Positions 1-9,065 of a DNA stretch of 64,000 nt are shown here, in pieces (within the stretch, counting starts at the first letter, position 1; each line of letters starts with the position of its first letter). The notes beneath the pieces are model-generated. The model made no database searches. It was not told where the DNA came from and saw nothing but the letters and a program-made list of their open reading frames with translations. Source of the stretch: an uncultured bacterium (GTDB lineage Bacteria > Auribacterota > Erginobacteria > Erginobacterales > Erginobacteraceae); contig CAWGIE010000026.1 of assembly GCA_963822585.1 (NCBI GenBank), positions 388,994 through 452,993 of the forward strand, given 5' to 3'. The translations under genes were made by a program, and so were the position numbers.

Positions 1-98
1 CGGACAGAATCGGCACGATCCCGTCCGAACCGTCTACGGAGAACGCTTTGCAGGTTAAAGAAGAACTCCCGCAGTTAAAAATCAAGATATTCTTCATC
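1..98 (-). pseudogene. ackA: 5' end of an acetate kinase-like gene (runs off the window), with an apparent 1-nt frameshift
   Basis: The minus strand from ATG at 98 reads MKNILIFNCG, then one extra G (G4 run 68-71), then SSSLTCKAFSVDG. ILxxNCGSSSL is the acetate kinase N-terminal phosphate-binding motif. Confidence 0.55.
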
Positions 99-141
99 CG
101 GGGATCTGCCGTATTACCCATCCTCCGGCAGGAATTTATTA

Positions 142-496
142 GAACTTAGCCCTCGCTTCGCTCGGGTAACTAAAAAACTACGAATTTCGCGAATTCCGCG
201 AATTTATTTTAAAATATCCCTGCAATCTCGATTCAATACTTGCACATTCTTATTTTTCCGGAGGAAAAATAAGATTATTGAAATTCCGAAACAGCAAGTT
301 AGCGCCTCCGGCGCAACTCGGTCAGGGCAACGGTAACGAGGCCCAGCCTGCCCCAGTAGTTACCGGGGTTTCGTTTGTCGGTTACGTGCGCCCGGCGCAG
401 CGGCCGTTACCCTAACCCTCACCGATACCTCGATGAATCGGGGCAGGCTGGGCTTCGTTACCCTTACCGTTGCCTTTTATTGAAATTCCGATACGA
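142..496 (+). mobile_element. Two head-to-tail units (142-294, 295-496) of the dispersed TTAGC-hairpin / GAAATTCCGAAACAG element
   Basis: GAAC-TTAGC hairpin ... TATTGAAATTCCGAAACAG, then CAAG-TTAGCGCCTCCGGCGC, a long stem and TATTGAAATTCCGATACG. Unit 1 is homologous to 2675-2874. Confidence 0.7.
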
Positions 497-547
497 GGAT
501 GGTACTGTATCCGGTGTTAATTGAAAAACAATAAATGATCGTTCCTG

Positions 548-1315
548 TTGCGAACTAAAGTGAAATTAACTCCTGCCCGATTCCCTATTTTGACAGCGAT
601 GCTTTCTGCCGCCTTATTTTTACTCCCGGTCCGGGGGCGGACAGAACCGGAATACCTTGTTCTGGAAGCCGGAGATCCCGCCGGCGATCAGGAGAATATC
701 TGCGATCATGACACTCCGCCGGCCGGTGGTGATCTTCGAGGCGCCCGGCTGGTGCTGAGAAAAATACCCGTCTCCCGCGGACCGCAAACGGACGGCGAAC
801 AATCGGAGTGCGTCTATCTTCCGGTCGAACTGAGTGTGGAGATCGAGAAAACCCTGACCGGAGGAGAGGTCCAGCTCTGTATCTTCATCCACCTTCCGCC
901 GATCGACATCGAAGATATAATCAGCCGGGACTCCATCCTGACCGGGGAGCCTCCCGGAGAGGAAAGAATCGTTCTCGCGACTCAGTCGGAAGTTTCTCTC
1001 TTCACGGGGATGGAGAAGGTCTGGGATGACGAGGTGACCGCCTTTAAGAATTCCGCCACCTTTCAAAACTGTTATTTCGCGGCGCCCCCCGAAGAGCGGG
1101 CCGAGGCCATCAGGGAAGCGGGAAAATTTTCAATTCATCAAGGCGCCACCTACCGTTTCCCTCCTTCCCCCTCATTTTACTGGCGGGACATTCCTTCCCT
1201 GACCATCAGCACATCGCTGATCGTCAGGGAACTGGATGGTTTAACCGTACGTGGCTTCCGGGGTCTGGTCAATGATACCATGGAGGCGGACTGGATAAAA
1301 GTCACGGAATATTGA
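548..1315 (+). CDS. Hypothetical protein, possibly exported
   Basis: 255-aa ORF with a hydrophobic N-terminal stretch and no recognised motif; start uncertain (TTG 548 or ATG 599). Confidence 0.5.
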   Translation: MRTKVKLTPARFPILTAMLSAALFLLPVRGRTEPEYLVLEAGDPAGDQENICDHDTPPAGGDLRGARLVLRKIPVSRGPQTDGEQSECVYLPVELSVEIEKTLTGGEVQLCIFIHLPPIDIEDIISRDSILTGEPPGEERIVLATQSEVSLFTGMEKVWDDEVTAFKNSATFQNCYFAAPPEERAEAIREAGKFSIHQGATYRFPPSPSFYWRDIPSLTISTSLIVRELDGLTVRGFRGLVNDTMEADWIKVTEY

Positions 1316-1379
1316 TGAGCGGTGGACCCGAACCACGCCGATAGGTTATTATTTTCCGCCCCAGTGTATAATTTTAGGA

Positions 1380-1409
1380 TTGACAAAACAGGCCATGCCT
1401 TACTACGTT
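1380..1409 (+). promoter_or_regulatory. Putative sigma70 promoter for the kinase gene
   Basis: TTGACA (1380-1385), 18 nt spacer, TACGTT. Confidence 0.35.
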
Positions 1410-1530
1410 ATTAAGCTGAACCCTGTCTGAAAAGATCTTTGAACTTTTCTATTCAGCTCCGGTTAACACCTTCGGGGCGACTGGGATCATGAATTTGACT
1501 TCATCGAATATCGGAAAAGGAGCTGCGCGT

Positions 1531-2577
1531 ATGAATACCCCAAACCATAATACAGGTTATAAAAAGAACATCCCCATGCAAGTAATCGACGGCACCTACC
1601 AATGGTATGTCGAACACGGGGTTGACACCGTCCAGGGGTTAAACCGCCGGATCGCCGACGGGACTTTCCCCGATCTGGTAAAAGAGGCGGATGAACGATA
1701 CGAATGGTACATCAAGATGGCCTCCCAGGCCATTCTGGACAGTAAAGAACCCATCCGCCTGGTGATCATCGCCGGCCCCTCCAGTTCCGGCAAGACCACC
1801 ACCACCACCAAAATCGCGGAGCGGCTGCGGGAAAATAAATTAAAACTGATCCCCATGGTCCTGGATAACTACTTCTTCGATCTGGAGATGCATCCCAAGG
1901 ATGAATACGGAGATTACGATTTTGAAACACCCCAGGCTCTGGACCTGCCGCTGATCAACAAACACCTGGGGGACCTGCTGGCCGGCAAAGAAATCCCGAT
2001 GCCGATCTACGATTTCAAAACCGGTCTCCGCCAGAAAGAAACGGTTCCCCTTCGTATTGAGAAGGATGAAATTATCCTGATCGACAGTCTCCATGGCCTC
2101 TATGCCCCGATGACCGCAAGCGTCCCCGCCGAGAATAAGTTCCGGCTCTATATAGAGACCCTCTCCCAGCTGAAAGACATCAAGGGGGACTGGACCCGCT
2201 GGACGGATATCCGGCTGCTGAGAAGGATGGTCAGGGACAGCTGGCATCGAAGCTATTCCCCGGTTGCCACTATCGGCCACTGGCACTACGTCCGCAAAAG
2301 CGAAATGCGCCACATCGTTCCCTTCATCACCGAGACCGACTTTGTCGTTAACGGAGCATTGCCCTACGAGCTCCCGATTCACAAGAAGTACTCCTTCCAT
2401 TCCCTGAAGGAGGCAATCGAAAAGTTCAAGGACGACCCCGGCAAGCGCGATGCTTATCTGCGCGCCCTGCGGGTTCACGATCTTCTGGATACCATCACCG
2501 TGGTCGAAGACGATTCCTGCGTGCCCGGCAAATCCCTTCTGCGGGAGTTCATCGGCGGAAGCGACTACGAATACTAA
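1531..2577 (+). CDS. Uridine kinase-like nucleoside kinase (P-loop)
   Basis: IIAGPSSSGKTT Walker A, LDNYF, YDFETPQALD, RLLRRMVRD; AAGGAG RBS before ATG 1531. Confidence 0.8.
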   Translation: MNTPNHNTGYKKNIPMQVIDGTYQWYVEHGVDTVQGLNRRIADGTFPDLVKEADERYEWYIKMASQAILDSKEPIRLVIIAGPSSSGKTTTTTKIAERLRENKLKLIPMVLDNYFFDLEMHPKDEYGDYDFETPQALDLPLINKHLGDLLAGKEIPMPIYDFKTGLRQKETVPLRIEKDEIILIDSLHGLYAPMTASVPAENKFRLYIETLSQLKDIKGDWTRWTDIRLLRRMVRDSWHRSYSPVATIGHWHYVRKSEMRHIVPFITETDFVVNGALPYELPIHKKYSFHSLKEAIEKFKDDPGKRDAYLRALRVHDLLDTITVVEDDSCVPGKSLLREFIGGSDYEY

Positions 2578-2579
2578 TA

Positions 2580-2914
2580 GAACGTAGCTTCGCAACTGAG
2601 GGAGGGCACGGCGGCCCTCCCCTACGTAGGGGCCGACCGCTGTGTCGGCCCGATTTATTGAAATTCCGAAACAGGAACTTAGCCCTCGCGCAGTCTACCC
2701 CAGTTTACCGGGGCTCGGGCGACTAAATAAAACTACGAATTACGCCCCCGATTAAAGCTTCGGGGCGGAGAAATTACACGAATTTTCTTTCAAATATCCC
2801 TGCACTGTCGGTTCAATGCTTGCACATTCCTATTTTTTCGTAGAAAAAATAGGATTATTGAAATACCGAAGCAGTAAATGAGCGAGCCCCGATTCATCGG
2901 GGCTCGCTCATTTA
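2580..2914 (+). mobile_element. Three head-to-tail units of the dispersed element (2580-2674, 2675-2874, hairpin 2875-2914)
   Basis: GAAC-GTAGC-TTC-GC ... GAAATTCCGAAACAG|GAAC-TTAGC ... GAAATACCGAAGCAG|TAAA-TGAGC perfect palindrome. Confidence 0.7.
2600..2651. repeat. Back-to-back pair of GTAG-type REP-like palindromes
   Basis: GGGAGGGCACGGCGGCCCTCCCCTAC followed directly by GTAGGGGCCGACCGCTGTGTCGGCCC. Confidence 0.55.
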
Positions 2915-3005
2915 TATGTTTTGAACCAGGACCGTTTTGATTTCATTGGGGCGATACCGGCAACGTAAAATCCTCCCGCACTATTGCTTCAATGCTCGCA
3001 CACTC

Positions 3006-4589
3006 TTATTTTTTCTTCGAATAAATAAGAGCCTGCAATATCTGTTTCACTTCCCCGATTTTCAGCAGTAGCGCCGCCCCCAGAAAAGCGAGCAGGGCGA
3101 CAGTCATCGGCACCCCAACCAGGAGAAGCTTTTCTCCCAGGCCTTCACCGGCCAGCCGCGCCTGAAGAAAGGCCAGGCATAGACCGCAGGCTCCTCCCAT
3201 GAAGATCGAAGCGATGCCGAGCCGGGCCAGAAAAGATGCCATCTCCCTTCCCCGCATTCCCCCCAGTCTTCTCCAGAGGAGATAATACAAAACTCCCATG
3301 TTTAGGAAAGCGGCGAGACTGGTGGTGAGCGCCAGACCCCCCTCTCTCAGGTTTTCCCTCAACCAGGGGGTATAGACCACCGTCAGATTGAGAACCAGGT
3401 TCAGGAGCATGGCACAGAACCCCACCTTGACCGGGGTCCTGGTGTCCTGGCAGGAATAAAAACCCTGGGTGATGATCTTCAAGCCCGCAAAAGCCGGGAG
3501 TCCCATACTGTAAAAGAGAAGCACCCAGGCGGTAGCCGCGCTTGAACTCACGTCGAACGCCTTTCTCTGAAAAAGAAGCACGATAATCGGGCGGCGCAGG
3601 ACAATCAAGCCGATCGCGGCGGGGACCGTCACCAGCAATACGTGGTGGAGGGAATGGGAAAAGGCGGATTTAAATTCATCCACCCGATTCCCGGCCATGA
3701 GCCGGGCCATTACCGGCAACGCGGCGGTGGCGAACGCGATCCCGAACACACCCAGGGGAAATTGTACCAGGCGGTTCCCATAGAAGAGCGCGGCCGGAGC
3801 GCTTGCCCCGATCACCATCGCCAGAAACTGATCCACCACCGTGTTCAGCTGGAAAACAGCCAGGCCGATGATTCCGGGCCCCATCAAAAGGATGATTTTT
3901 TTTACCGCCGGGTCGTGCCAGCCAAAGGTAAACGTGAAGGGGAAGCCCTTCCTTTTCAAAATCAAGATCTGAAGGCCCAGTTGAATGACCCCGCCGATAA
4001 CGATCCCCACCGCCAGCCCGGTAATTTTTTCTTCGGGGGTCGTGCCGAATTTCGGGCAAAGAATAAAAAGGGACGCTATCCAGACCAGATTCAGAAGAGC
4101 CGGGGAAAGAGCGGGGCCGGCAAAATGACGGAGGCTGTTTAAAATCCCCGTCGCCAGGCCGACCAGACAGATGAAAAACAGGTACGGCAGCATAATCCCG
4201 AGCAGACGGAAAACAAGCTGGTATTTGTCGCCCAGGTCAGCGAATCCGGTTATTAGCCGGATACTCAGGAAACCGATTAAAACCAACCCTGCCAGGACAA
4301 CCGTTGCCAGCGAAAAAACAACACCGGCAATCCGCCAGGCTTCCTTCAGCCCTTTTTTCTCCAGATATTCGGTAAAAACGGGCACAAAGGCGCCGGTCAG
4401 GGCGCCTTCTCCCAGCAGTTTGCGGAGAAGGTTGGGGATGGTAAAAGCGACCACAAAAGCGGAGAGGGCCAGGTCGGTCCCGAAAAAGCTGGCCGTCAGC
4501 ACGTCCCGGACCAGGCCCAGGACACGGCTGAGCATGGTTGCCGAACCGACTACGCCGGCGGAACGGGTAATCTGAGATTCCGTATTCAT
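3006..4589 (-). CDS. murJ: Lipid II flippase MurJ
   Basis: SRVLGLVRD, AFTIPNLLRKLLGEGAL, RLVQFPLGVFG; polytopic membrane protein. Confidence 0.95.
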   Translation of the reverse strand: MNTESQITRSAGVVGSATMLSRVLGLVRDVLTASFFGTDLALSAFVVAFTIPNLLRKLLGEGALTGAFVPVFTEYLEKKGLKEAWRIAGVVFSLATVVLAGLVLIGFLSIRLITGFADLGDKYQLVFRLLGIMLPYLFFICLVGLATGILNSLRHFAGPALSPALLNLVWIASLFILCPKFGTTPEEKITGLAVGIVIGGVIQLGLQILILKRKGFPFTFTFGWHDPAVKKIILLMGPGIIGLAVFQLNTVVDQFLAMVIGASAPAALFYGNRLVQFPLGVFGIAFATAALPVMARLMAGNRVDEFKSAFSHSLHHVLLVTVPAAIGLIVLRRPIIVLLFQRKAFDVSSSAATAWVLLFYSMGLPAFAGLKIITQGFYSCQDTRTPVKVGFCAMLLNLVLNLTVVYTPWLRENLREGGLALTTSLAAFLNMGVLYYLLWRRLGGMRGREMASFLARLGIASIFMGGACGLCLAFLQARLAGEGLGEKLLLVGVPMTVALLAFLGAALLLKIGEVKQILQALIYSKKK

Positions 4590-4597
4590 GTTTAGTC

Positions 4598-4626
4598 TTG
4601 ACGGCGGACTCCATTAACCGTATATT
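4598..4626 (+). promoter_or_regulatory. Putative sigma70 promoter of rpsT
   Basis: TTGACG, 17 nt spacer, TATATT. Confidence 0.55.
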
Positions 4627-4740
4627 CCATCGGAAACAGTCGAGACCTGGAACCGTTTACCCCCTTTGAACGGCTTGAACGGTTTGAGTTGATCGAACGG
4701 ATTAACCTATTCAAATCTATTACAGAGGAGTTACGGAGTC

Positions 4741-5001
4741 ATGCCCCAATCAAAATCAGCCGCCAAGCGCCTTCGCCAGAATGTCACCCGGCGGTCACGG
4801 AACCGCGCCGCCCGCGCCATTCTGAAGACCCAGGCCCGGGTCTTTCGGACCAAGATCACGGCCAGCGACAAGGAGAAGGCCCTGGCCGAATTAAAAAAAT
4901 CCTATTCACTTCTGGACAGGGCGGCCACGCGGGGCCTGGTGAAAAAAAATTACGCCGCGCGGAAAAAAACACAGCTCGCCCGATCATACAATTCAATCTA
5001 G
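4741..5001 (+). CDS. rpsT: 30S ribosomal protein S20
   Basis: MPQSKSAAKRLRQN...LDRAATRGLVKKNYAARKK; GGAG RBS. Confidence 0.95.
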   Translation: MPQSKSAAKRLRQNVTRRSRNRAARAILKTQARVFRTKITASDKEKALAELKKSYSLLDRAATRGLVKKNYAARKKTQLARSYNSI

Positions 5002-6030
5002 GACCCGCTCCGAATAATGATTCCCTGAGGGGGCAGTGGTCTCTCTTCCCGCCAGATCGATGATCAGACGCTCCAGCGCGAGCTGAGAGTTTCTTTCACC
5101 CCCCTTTAAGGCATTATCGGTCTCGACCAGACGACGGTAAACATATCCGATATCTTCCGGCCGAAGTTTCTGTGCCTGCCGCAGGAAATCGGATTGATAA
5201 AAGCGCACTCCGGCCGCTTCGCAGGTAGCCCGGGGATTCCCCGTCTTCTGCCATGCCTCAACGCCCAGCCAGAGCTTTCTGAAGGCACCGGCCAAGAGAG
5301 AAACGATCTTCAGGGGCTTCTCGCCTTCATCAAGCAGCTGGTTGAGAAGAATCAAGGCGTCCTCCCGGTTGCCCATCACAATCAATCCGCTGAGGTCAAA
5401 AATAGTCCCTTCCCGGCCGATCCCGATAACCGCGCTGATCTCCTCTGCGGTAACCGTCCCTCCTCCTCCTCCTTTATAGACGGATAATGTCTCCAGCCCC
5501 CCGGCCAGCGCGCCGAGATTCATCGCGGCCAGGCGGACAAGCGCCTCCAGAGCTTTTCCCCGGGCATGAAGCCCGTGACGGGAGATTTCATTTCGGACCC
5601 ATTCCTCCAGTTTTTTCCCCCGGGGAGGGGAGAGAGAGACAATGTGCTTTTTGGGGATGAAAGACCGGGCGTTCCAGTCCTTTTCCTTCCGGTTAATCAG
5701 AAAGACCAGGCAGGTATCCGGTTCGGGGGCGTTGAAATAATCCGTCATCCGTTTCCAGACAGCGGGGGAGAGCTTCTCCGCCCGGTCCACCACAACCAGC
5801 CGCCGGCCCTTACCGGCCGGGGAGAAAAGATCCCAGGAGACGGTTCGGGCGGCATCAAGTATCCCGGCGGCATCGACATCATCGCCCAGGAGATATTCGT
5901 AGTTCAGGGACTCCTCACCATCGGCGAGTATCTTCTTCTTGAGATCTTTGAGGGAGAGGAGCTTCAGGTAGGTCTCCTCCCCGAGCAGAAAGTAGAGGGA
6001 CCGAATCTTTCCCGATAGCGGTCTCATCAT
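4993..6030 (-). CDS. holA: DNA polymerase III delta subunit
   Basis: LYFLLGEETYL, RRLVVVD, TIFDL, LVETDNALKGG; follows lptE. Confidence 0.85.
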   Translation of the reverse strand: MMRPLSGKIRSLYFLLGEETYLKLLSLKDLKKKILADGEESLNYEYLLGDDVDAAGILDAARTVSWDLFSPAGKGRRLVVVDRAEKLSPAVWKRMTDYFNAPEPDTCLVFLINRKEKDWNARSFIPKKHIVSLSPPRGKKLEEWVRNEISRHGLHARGKALEALVRLAAMNLGALAGGLETLSVYKGGGGGTVTAEEISAVIGIGREGTIFDLSGLIVMGNREDALILLNQLLDEGEKPLKIVSLLAGAFRKLWLGVEAWQKTGNPRATCEAAGVRFYQSDFLRQAQKLRPEDIGYVYRRLVETDNALKGGERNSQLALERLIIDLAGRETTAPSGNHYSERVLD

Positions 6031-6552
6031 TTACCAGATCGAGACGACCTGGTCAACGATCCTCCGGGCGAGGTCCTTGAAGGCCTTGGGGCGGGCGTCT
6101 TCCTCCTCCGTAGGGAGGTCAGCTTCCACGTAAAAATCAGTATATCCCCGGACGCGTTGTCCCTTGATGAGCACTTCACCGGTGGACAATTCCTTGAAGG
6201 TGATCACCGCCGTCACATAAAGACGGTACTCTTCGACCTCATTCTCATCATCGCCGGTATAACCAAGCACCCGGCGATTCCAGTCGGTGATCACACCCTC
6301 CAGGATGGTATCAGCCTGATCTTTGGACACCGGGCGGAGGTTGCCGTCCTGACGGAACCGGGTAATAACCGCGTTGGTAACATCCACTTCAATCCCCGGC
6401 TGAAATGTTTTGTTCTCGAAAGTCGGCACATAGACTGTCTGCAGGTTGGCGGGGAGAGTAGTGCCCAGCCGGTAAGGGCCGCACCCGGTCATGGCCAGGA
6501 CAATGGCCGCAATCGCGGCAATAATGACAATGAAGGGATGGAGTTTATTCAT
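6031..6552 (-). CDS. lptE: LptE-family LPS assembly lipoprotein
   Basis: Lipobox-like MTGC, TVYVPTFENKT, LARRIV; located between bamD and holA. Confidence 0.8.
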   Translation of the reverse strand: MNKLHPFIVIIAAIAAIVLAMTGCGPYRLGTTLPANLQTVYVPTFENKTFQPGIEVDVTNAVITRFRQDGNLRPVSKDQADTILEGVITDWNRRVLGYTGDDENEVEEYRLYVTAVITFKELSTGEVLIKGQRVRGYTDFYVEADLPTEEEDARPKAFKDLARRIVDQVVSIW

Positions 6553-7564
6553 TCCCGTTTTCCATCAGGCTGGTCATGGGGTTTACTCCCGTATCCTCAT
6601 CTTTCCCCGCATCCTTCGGCCCGGGAGGGGCGGGCGGCAGCTTCGCGATTTTTTCCCGGGCCAGAAGAGCATACCGCGAATCCGGGTAGGTATCTATAAT
6701 CTCCTGAAAGTACAGTCTCCCGCCTTCCGACGAATCAGCCGCTTCATAAAAAAGAGCGATATCGTATGCCTTTTCCGCCTTCAGATCAATCAACTTGGAA
6801 ATCAACTCATCTGCTTCGGGCCGGTTCCGGTGCTCGGGAAAATCCTGTACAAACTTCCGCAGGTATCTGATCGCCTTGTCCACCTCTTTCTGATCATAAT
6901 CAGCTCGCAGGGCAATCTGATAGTAACATTCCCCTATTTTAAATAGTGCCAGGGGAATAACTTCGGTCCCCGGATAATTGGCCAGAACCTGTTCATACTC
7001 GGTTATCGCCTCTTCGTAATCGCCCTGTTCATAAAGCGCCTGGGCGAGGCCGTATTGTGCCCGGGGAGAAACTTTGCTGAAGGCGGCGTTACTCACCACC
7101 GTTCGGAAGATCTCCTGGGCCGTGCCCAGACCGGATCGGATCGGCAAAAAGAGAAAATTCCGTTTCCTCCCGTTCAAGAAAGCCTCCCCGATCCTATACT
7201 GCCGGCTCAGGATGTCTCCCAGATTACCTTTCCCGGGATAGTTAACCAGGAGGGACTGATATGTTTGAAAAGCCTCATACAGGTCGTCATTTTCTTCCAG
7301 ACAAACTCCGATCCGGAACTGGGCATCGGGAGCCAAAGAGGAATCGGGATAATCATCGACCAGATCCTGATACCGACTCAAGGCCTTGCTGAAGTCTCCT
7401 TTCGCTTCCAGAGCCTGAGCTTCATTCCAGAGCAGCTGCGCTTCCGGGGGAACGCCGGGGGGCGAAGCCGGAGGATTTTCTCCCTCCTTGACCTCGATCC
7501 CTCCGCAGGCAGAAACCGCCAGGGAGAGAACCGCCAGCACAATCAGTAATGTTCCCTTATTCAT
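6545..7564 (-). CDS. bamD: Outer membrane protein assembly factor BamD-like TPR lipoprotein
   Basis: Lipobox VSAC, TPR repeats, YDQ motif, KAYDIALFY, YPDS. Confidence 0.8.
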   Translation of the reverse strand: MNKGTLLIVLAVLSLAVSACGGIEVKEGENPPASPPGVPPEAQLLWNEAQALEAKGDFSKALSRYQDLVDDYPDSSLAPDAQFRIGVCLEENDDLYEAFQTYQSLLVNYPGKGNLGDILSRQYRIGEAFLNGRKRNFLFLPIRSGLGTAQEIFRTVVSNAAFSKVSPRAQYGLAQALYEQGDYEEAITEYEQVLANYPGTEVIPLALFKIGECYYQIALRADYDQKEVDKAIRYLRKFVQDFPEHRNRPEADELISKLIDLKAEKAYDIALFYEAADSSEGGRLYFQEIIDTYPDSRYALLAREKIAKLPPAPPGPKDAGKDEDTGVNPMTSLMENGNE

Positions 7565-7567
7565 ATA

Positions 7568-7756
7568 TAAATTAGCGCCTTCGGCGCTACTTTATAGTGG
7601 GCCCAACTTCGTTGGGCCTGTTGATTAAACTAAATTTATTTCACCTATGCGACGTAAGAAAAAGGCATTCCTAACCCCAGCCCACATTTCACACTACTTT
7701 TAAGACTATGATGTTATACCACCCCCGTCTGAATTTTCAAATTATTTCCGTGACCA
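7568..7756 (+). mobile_element. Dispersed element unit abutting the bamD start
   Basis: TAAATTAGCGCC-TTC-GGCGCTA ... TATTTCCGTGACCA; the first ~130 bp are homologous to 61672-61800. Confidence 0.6.
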
Positions 7757-7785
7757 ACGTGATATTTGAATCTCATCAGCGTCGA

Positions 7786-8292
7786 TCAACTAAAAAACAG
7801 GAGCGCCACCCGCAGAACAACGTTGCTGTAGATCCCCGCCAGCAGGTCATCAAGCATGACTCCCCATCCCCGGGGCGCTTGCTCCAGGAGACGGCCCGGG
7901 AAGGGCTTGACGACATCAAAAAACCGGTTGAGCAGAAAACCGCCGATCAGGGTTCCCGGCCCGATCGGGATGCAGAGGAACGTTATGAACACGCTGAATG
8001 CTTCATCGATAACAATCCGATGGTCGTCTCTCTGCCGCCATTCTTTCTCCCCCCGGGTGGAAACATAAACCCCGGCCAGGAAAAAGATAAGAAGAAAGAC
8101 GAGGTATCCCCATCGAAAATCAACGAGGTTTTCGGGGAGAAAGCCGGGAAGAAGATGGCGGAGGAAAAGAAGCCCGATGATGCCGCCGACGGCGCCCGCC
8201 GTCCCCGGGGCCACCGGTGAATAACCCAGGTAAAAGAAACTGGCCGCGAACCTCACCCACCAACCACCCCGGTATTGTCTCCCTGCCTTCAC
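7786..8292 (-). CDS. pgpA: Phosphatidylglycerophosphatase A
   Basis: GYSPVAPGT, IVIDE, RFFDVVKPFP, GWGVMLDDLLAG. Confidence 0.9.
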   Translation of the reverse strand: MKAGRQYRGGWWVRFAASFFYLGYSPVAPGTAGAVGGIIGLLFLRHLLPGFLPENLVDFRWGYLVFLLIFFLAGVYVSTRGEKEWRQRDDHRIVIDEAFSVFITFLCIPIGPGTLIGGFLLNRFFDVVKPFPGRLLEQAPRGWGVMLDDLLAGIYSNVVLRVALLFFS

Positions 8293-8927
8293 GCCGGTTT
8301 CCCCCTGGAGGCTTCCGTATCCAGCCCCTCTTCCGTCTTGCTCCGGCTCCCGGAGAGATCGACCAGGACACCCACGTTTTTCAGCAGATAGTACAACCCC
8401 GAAGAGAGGGTGAGGAAAGCGGTGACCCCGAGCAGGATCAGAAGCCAGGGCCGGAAACCGCGCAGGGCATCACGTTCGCTTTCCGCCGTGCCGTAAAGCA
8501 GACACAGGTATACCAGGACGGCAGTAACGGCGACTACCTGAGAGACCGTCTTGTGTTTGCCCCATCTGCCGGCGGGGATGACCTTTCCCTGGCAGGCAGC
8601 CAGTAATCTCAGGCCGGTGATGGCGAACTCGCGGCTGACGATGATGATCACCAACCAGGCGGGGAGCCAGATTTCCGGCAGGCCGACGAAAATGATCAAA
8701 GCCGAACTGATGAGTATCTTGTCCGCCAGGGGGTCGAGGAGTCTGCCGGTGTCGGTGACCTCTCCCCGCGACCGGGCCAGGGTCCCGTCCACGTAATCCG
8801 TCAGCATGGCCAACAGAAAAAGAATCAGGGCCAGAATATAATTCCCGGTGAAGGAAACGGAGAGGAGCAGGATAAAGACCGGCGTCGCCAGCAGCCGGGC
8901 AACAGTCAACTTATTCGGCAAATTCAT
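8289..8927 (-). CDS. pgsA: CDP-diacylglycerol--glycerol-3-phosphate 3-phosphatidyltransferase
   Basis: MNLPNKLT, TDYVDGTLAR, GRLLDPLADK, SREFAITGLR; start taken at ATG 8927. Confidence 0.93.
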   Translation of the reverse strand: MNLPNKLTVARLLATPVFILLLSVSFTGNYILALILFLLAMLTDYVDGTLARSRGEVTDTGRLLDPLADKILISSALIIFVGLPEIWLPAWLVIIIVSREFAITGLRLLAACQGKVIPAGRWGKHKTVSQVVAVTAVLVYLCLLYGTAESERDALRGFRPWLLILLGVTAFLTLSSGLYYLLKNVGVLVDLSGSRSKTEEGLDTEASRGKPA

Positions 8928-8931
8928 TATA

Positions 8932-9051
8932 CCAGTTAGCGCCTCCGGCGCCACTTGTAGTGTAAAGTGTAATGTTTAAAGTGTAATGAAACTTTCCACT
9001 TTCCACTTTACACCTTACACTTCACGCTACGTTCTTGAAATTCCGAAACAG
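8932..9051 (+). mobile_element. Dispersed element unit between rimO and pgsA
   Basis: CCAG-TTAGCGCCTCCGGCGC, a stem built from 7-mer-like repeats, then TTGAAATTCCGAAACAG|GAAT. Confidence 0.7.
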
Positions 9052-9065
9052 GAATTTAACGCCAA

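Noticed and set aside
142..294. TA-targeting MITE (IS630-type)
   Set aside because: The two ends are not inverted repeats of each other and TA is not duplicated at the right end.
1795..1809. (ACC)5 repeat as a phase-variable tract
   Set aside because: It is in frame, encodes Thr residues of and after the Walker A motif, and is too short to suggest switching.
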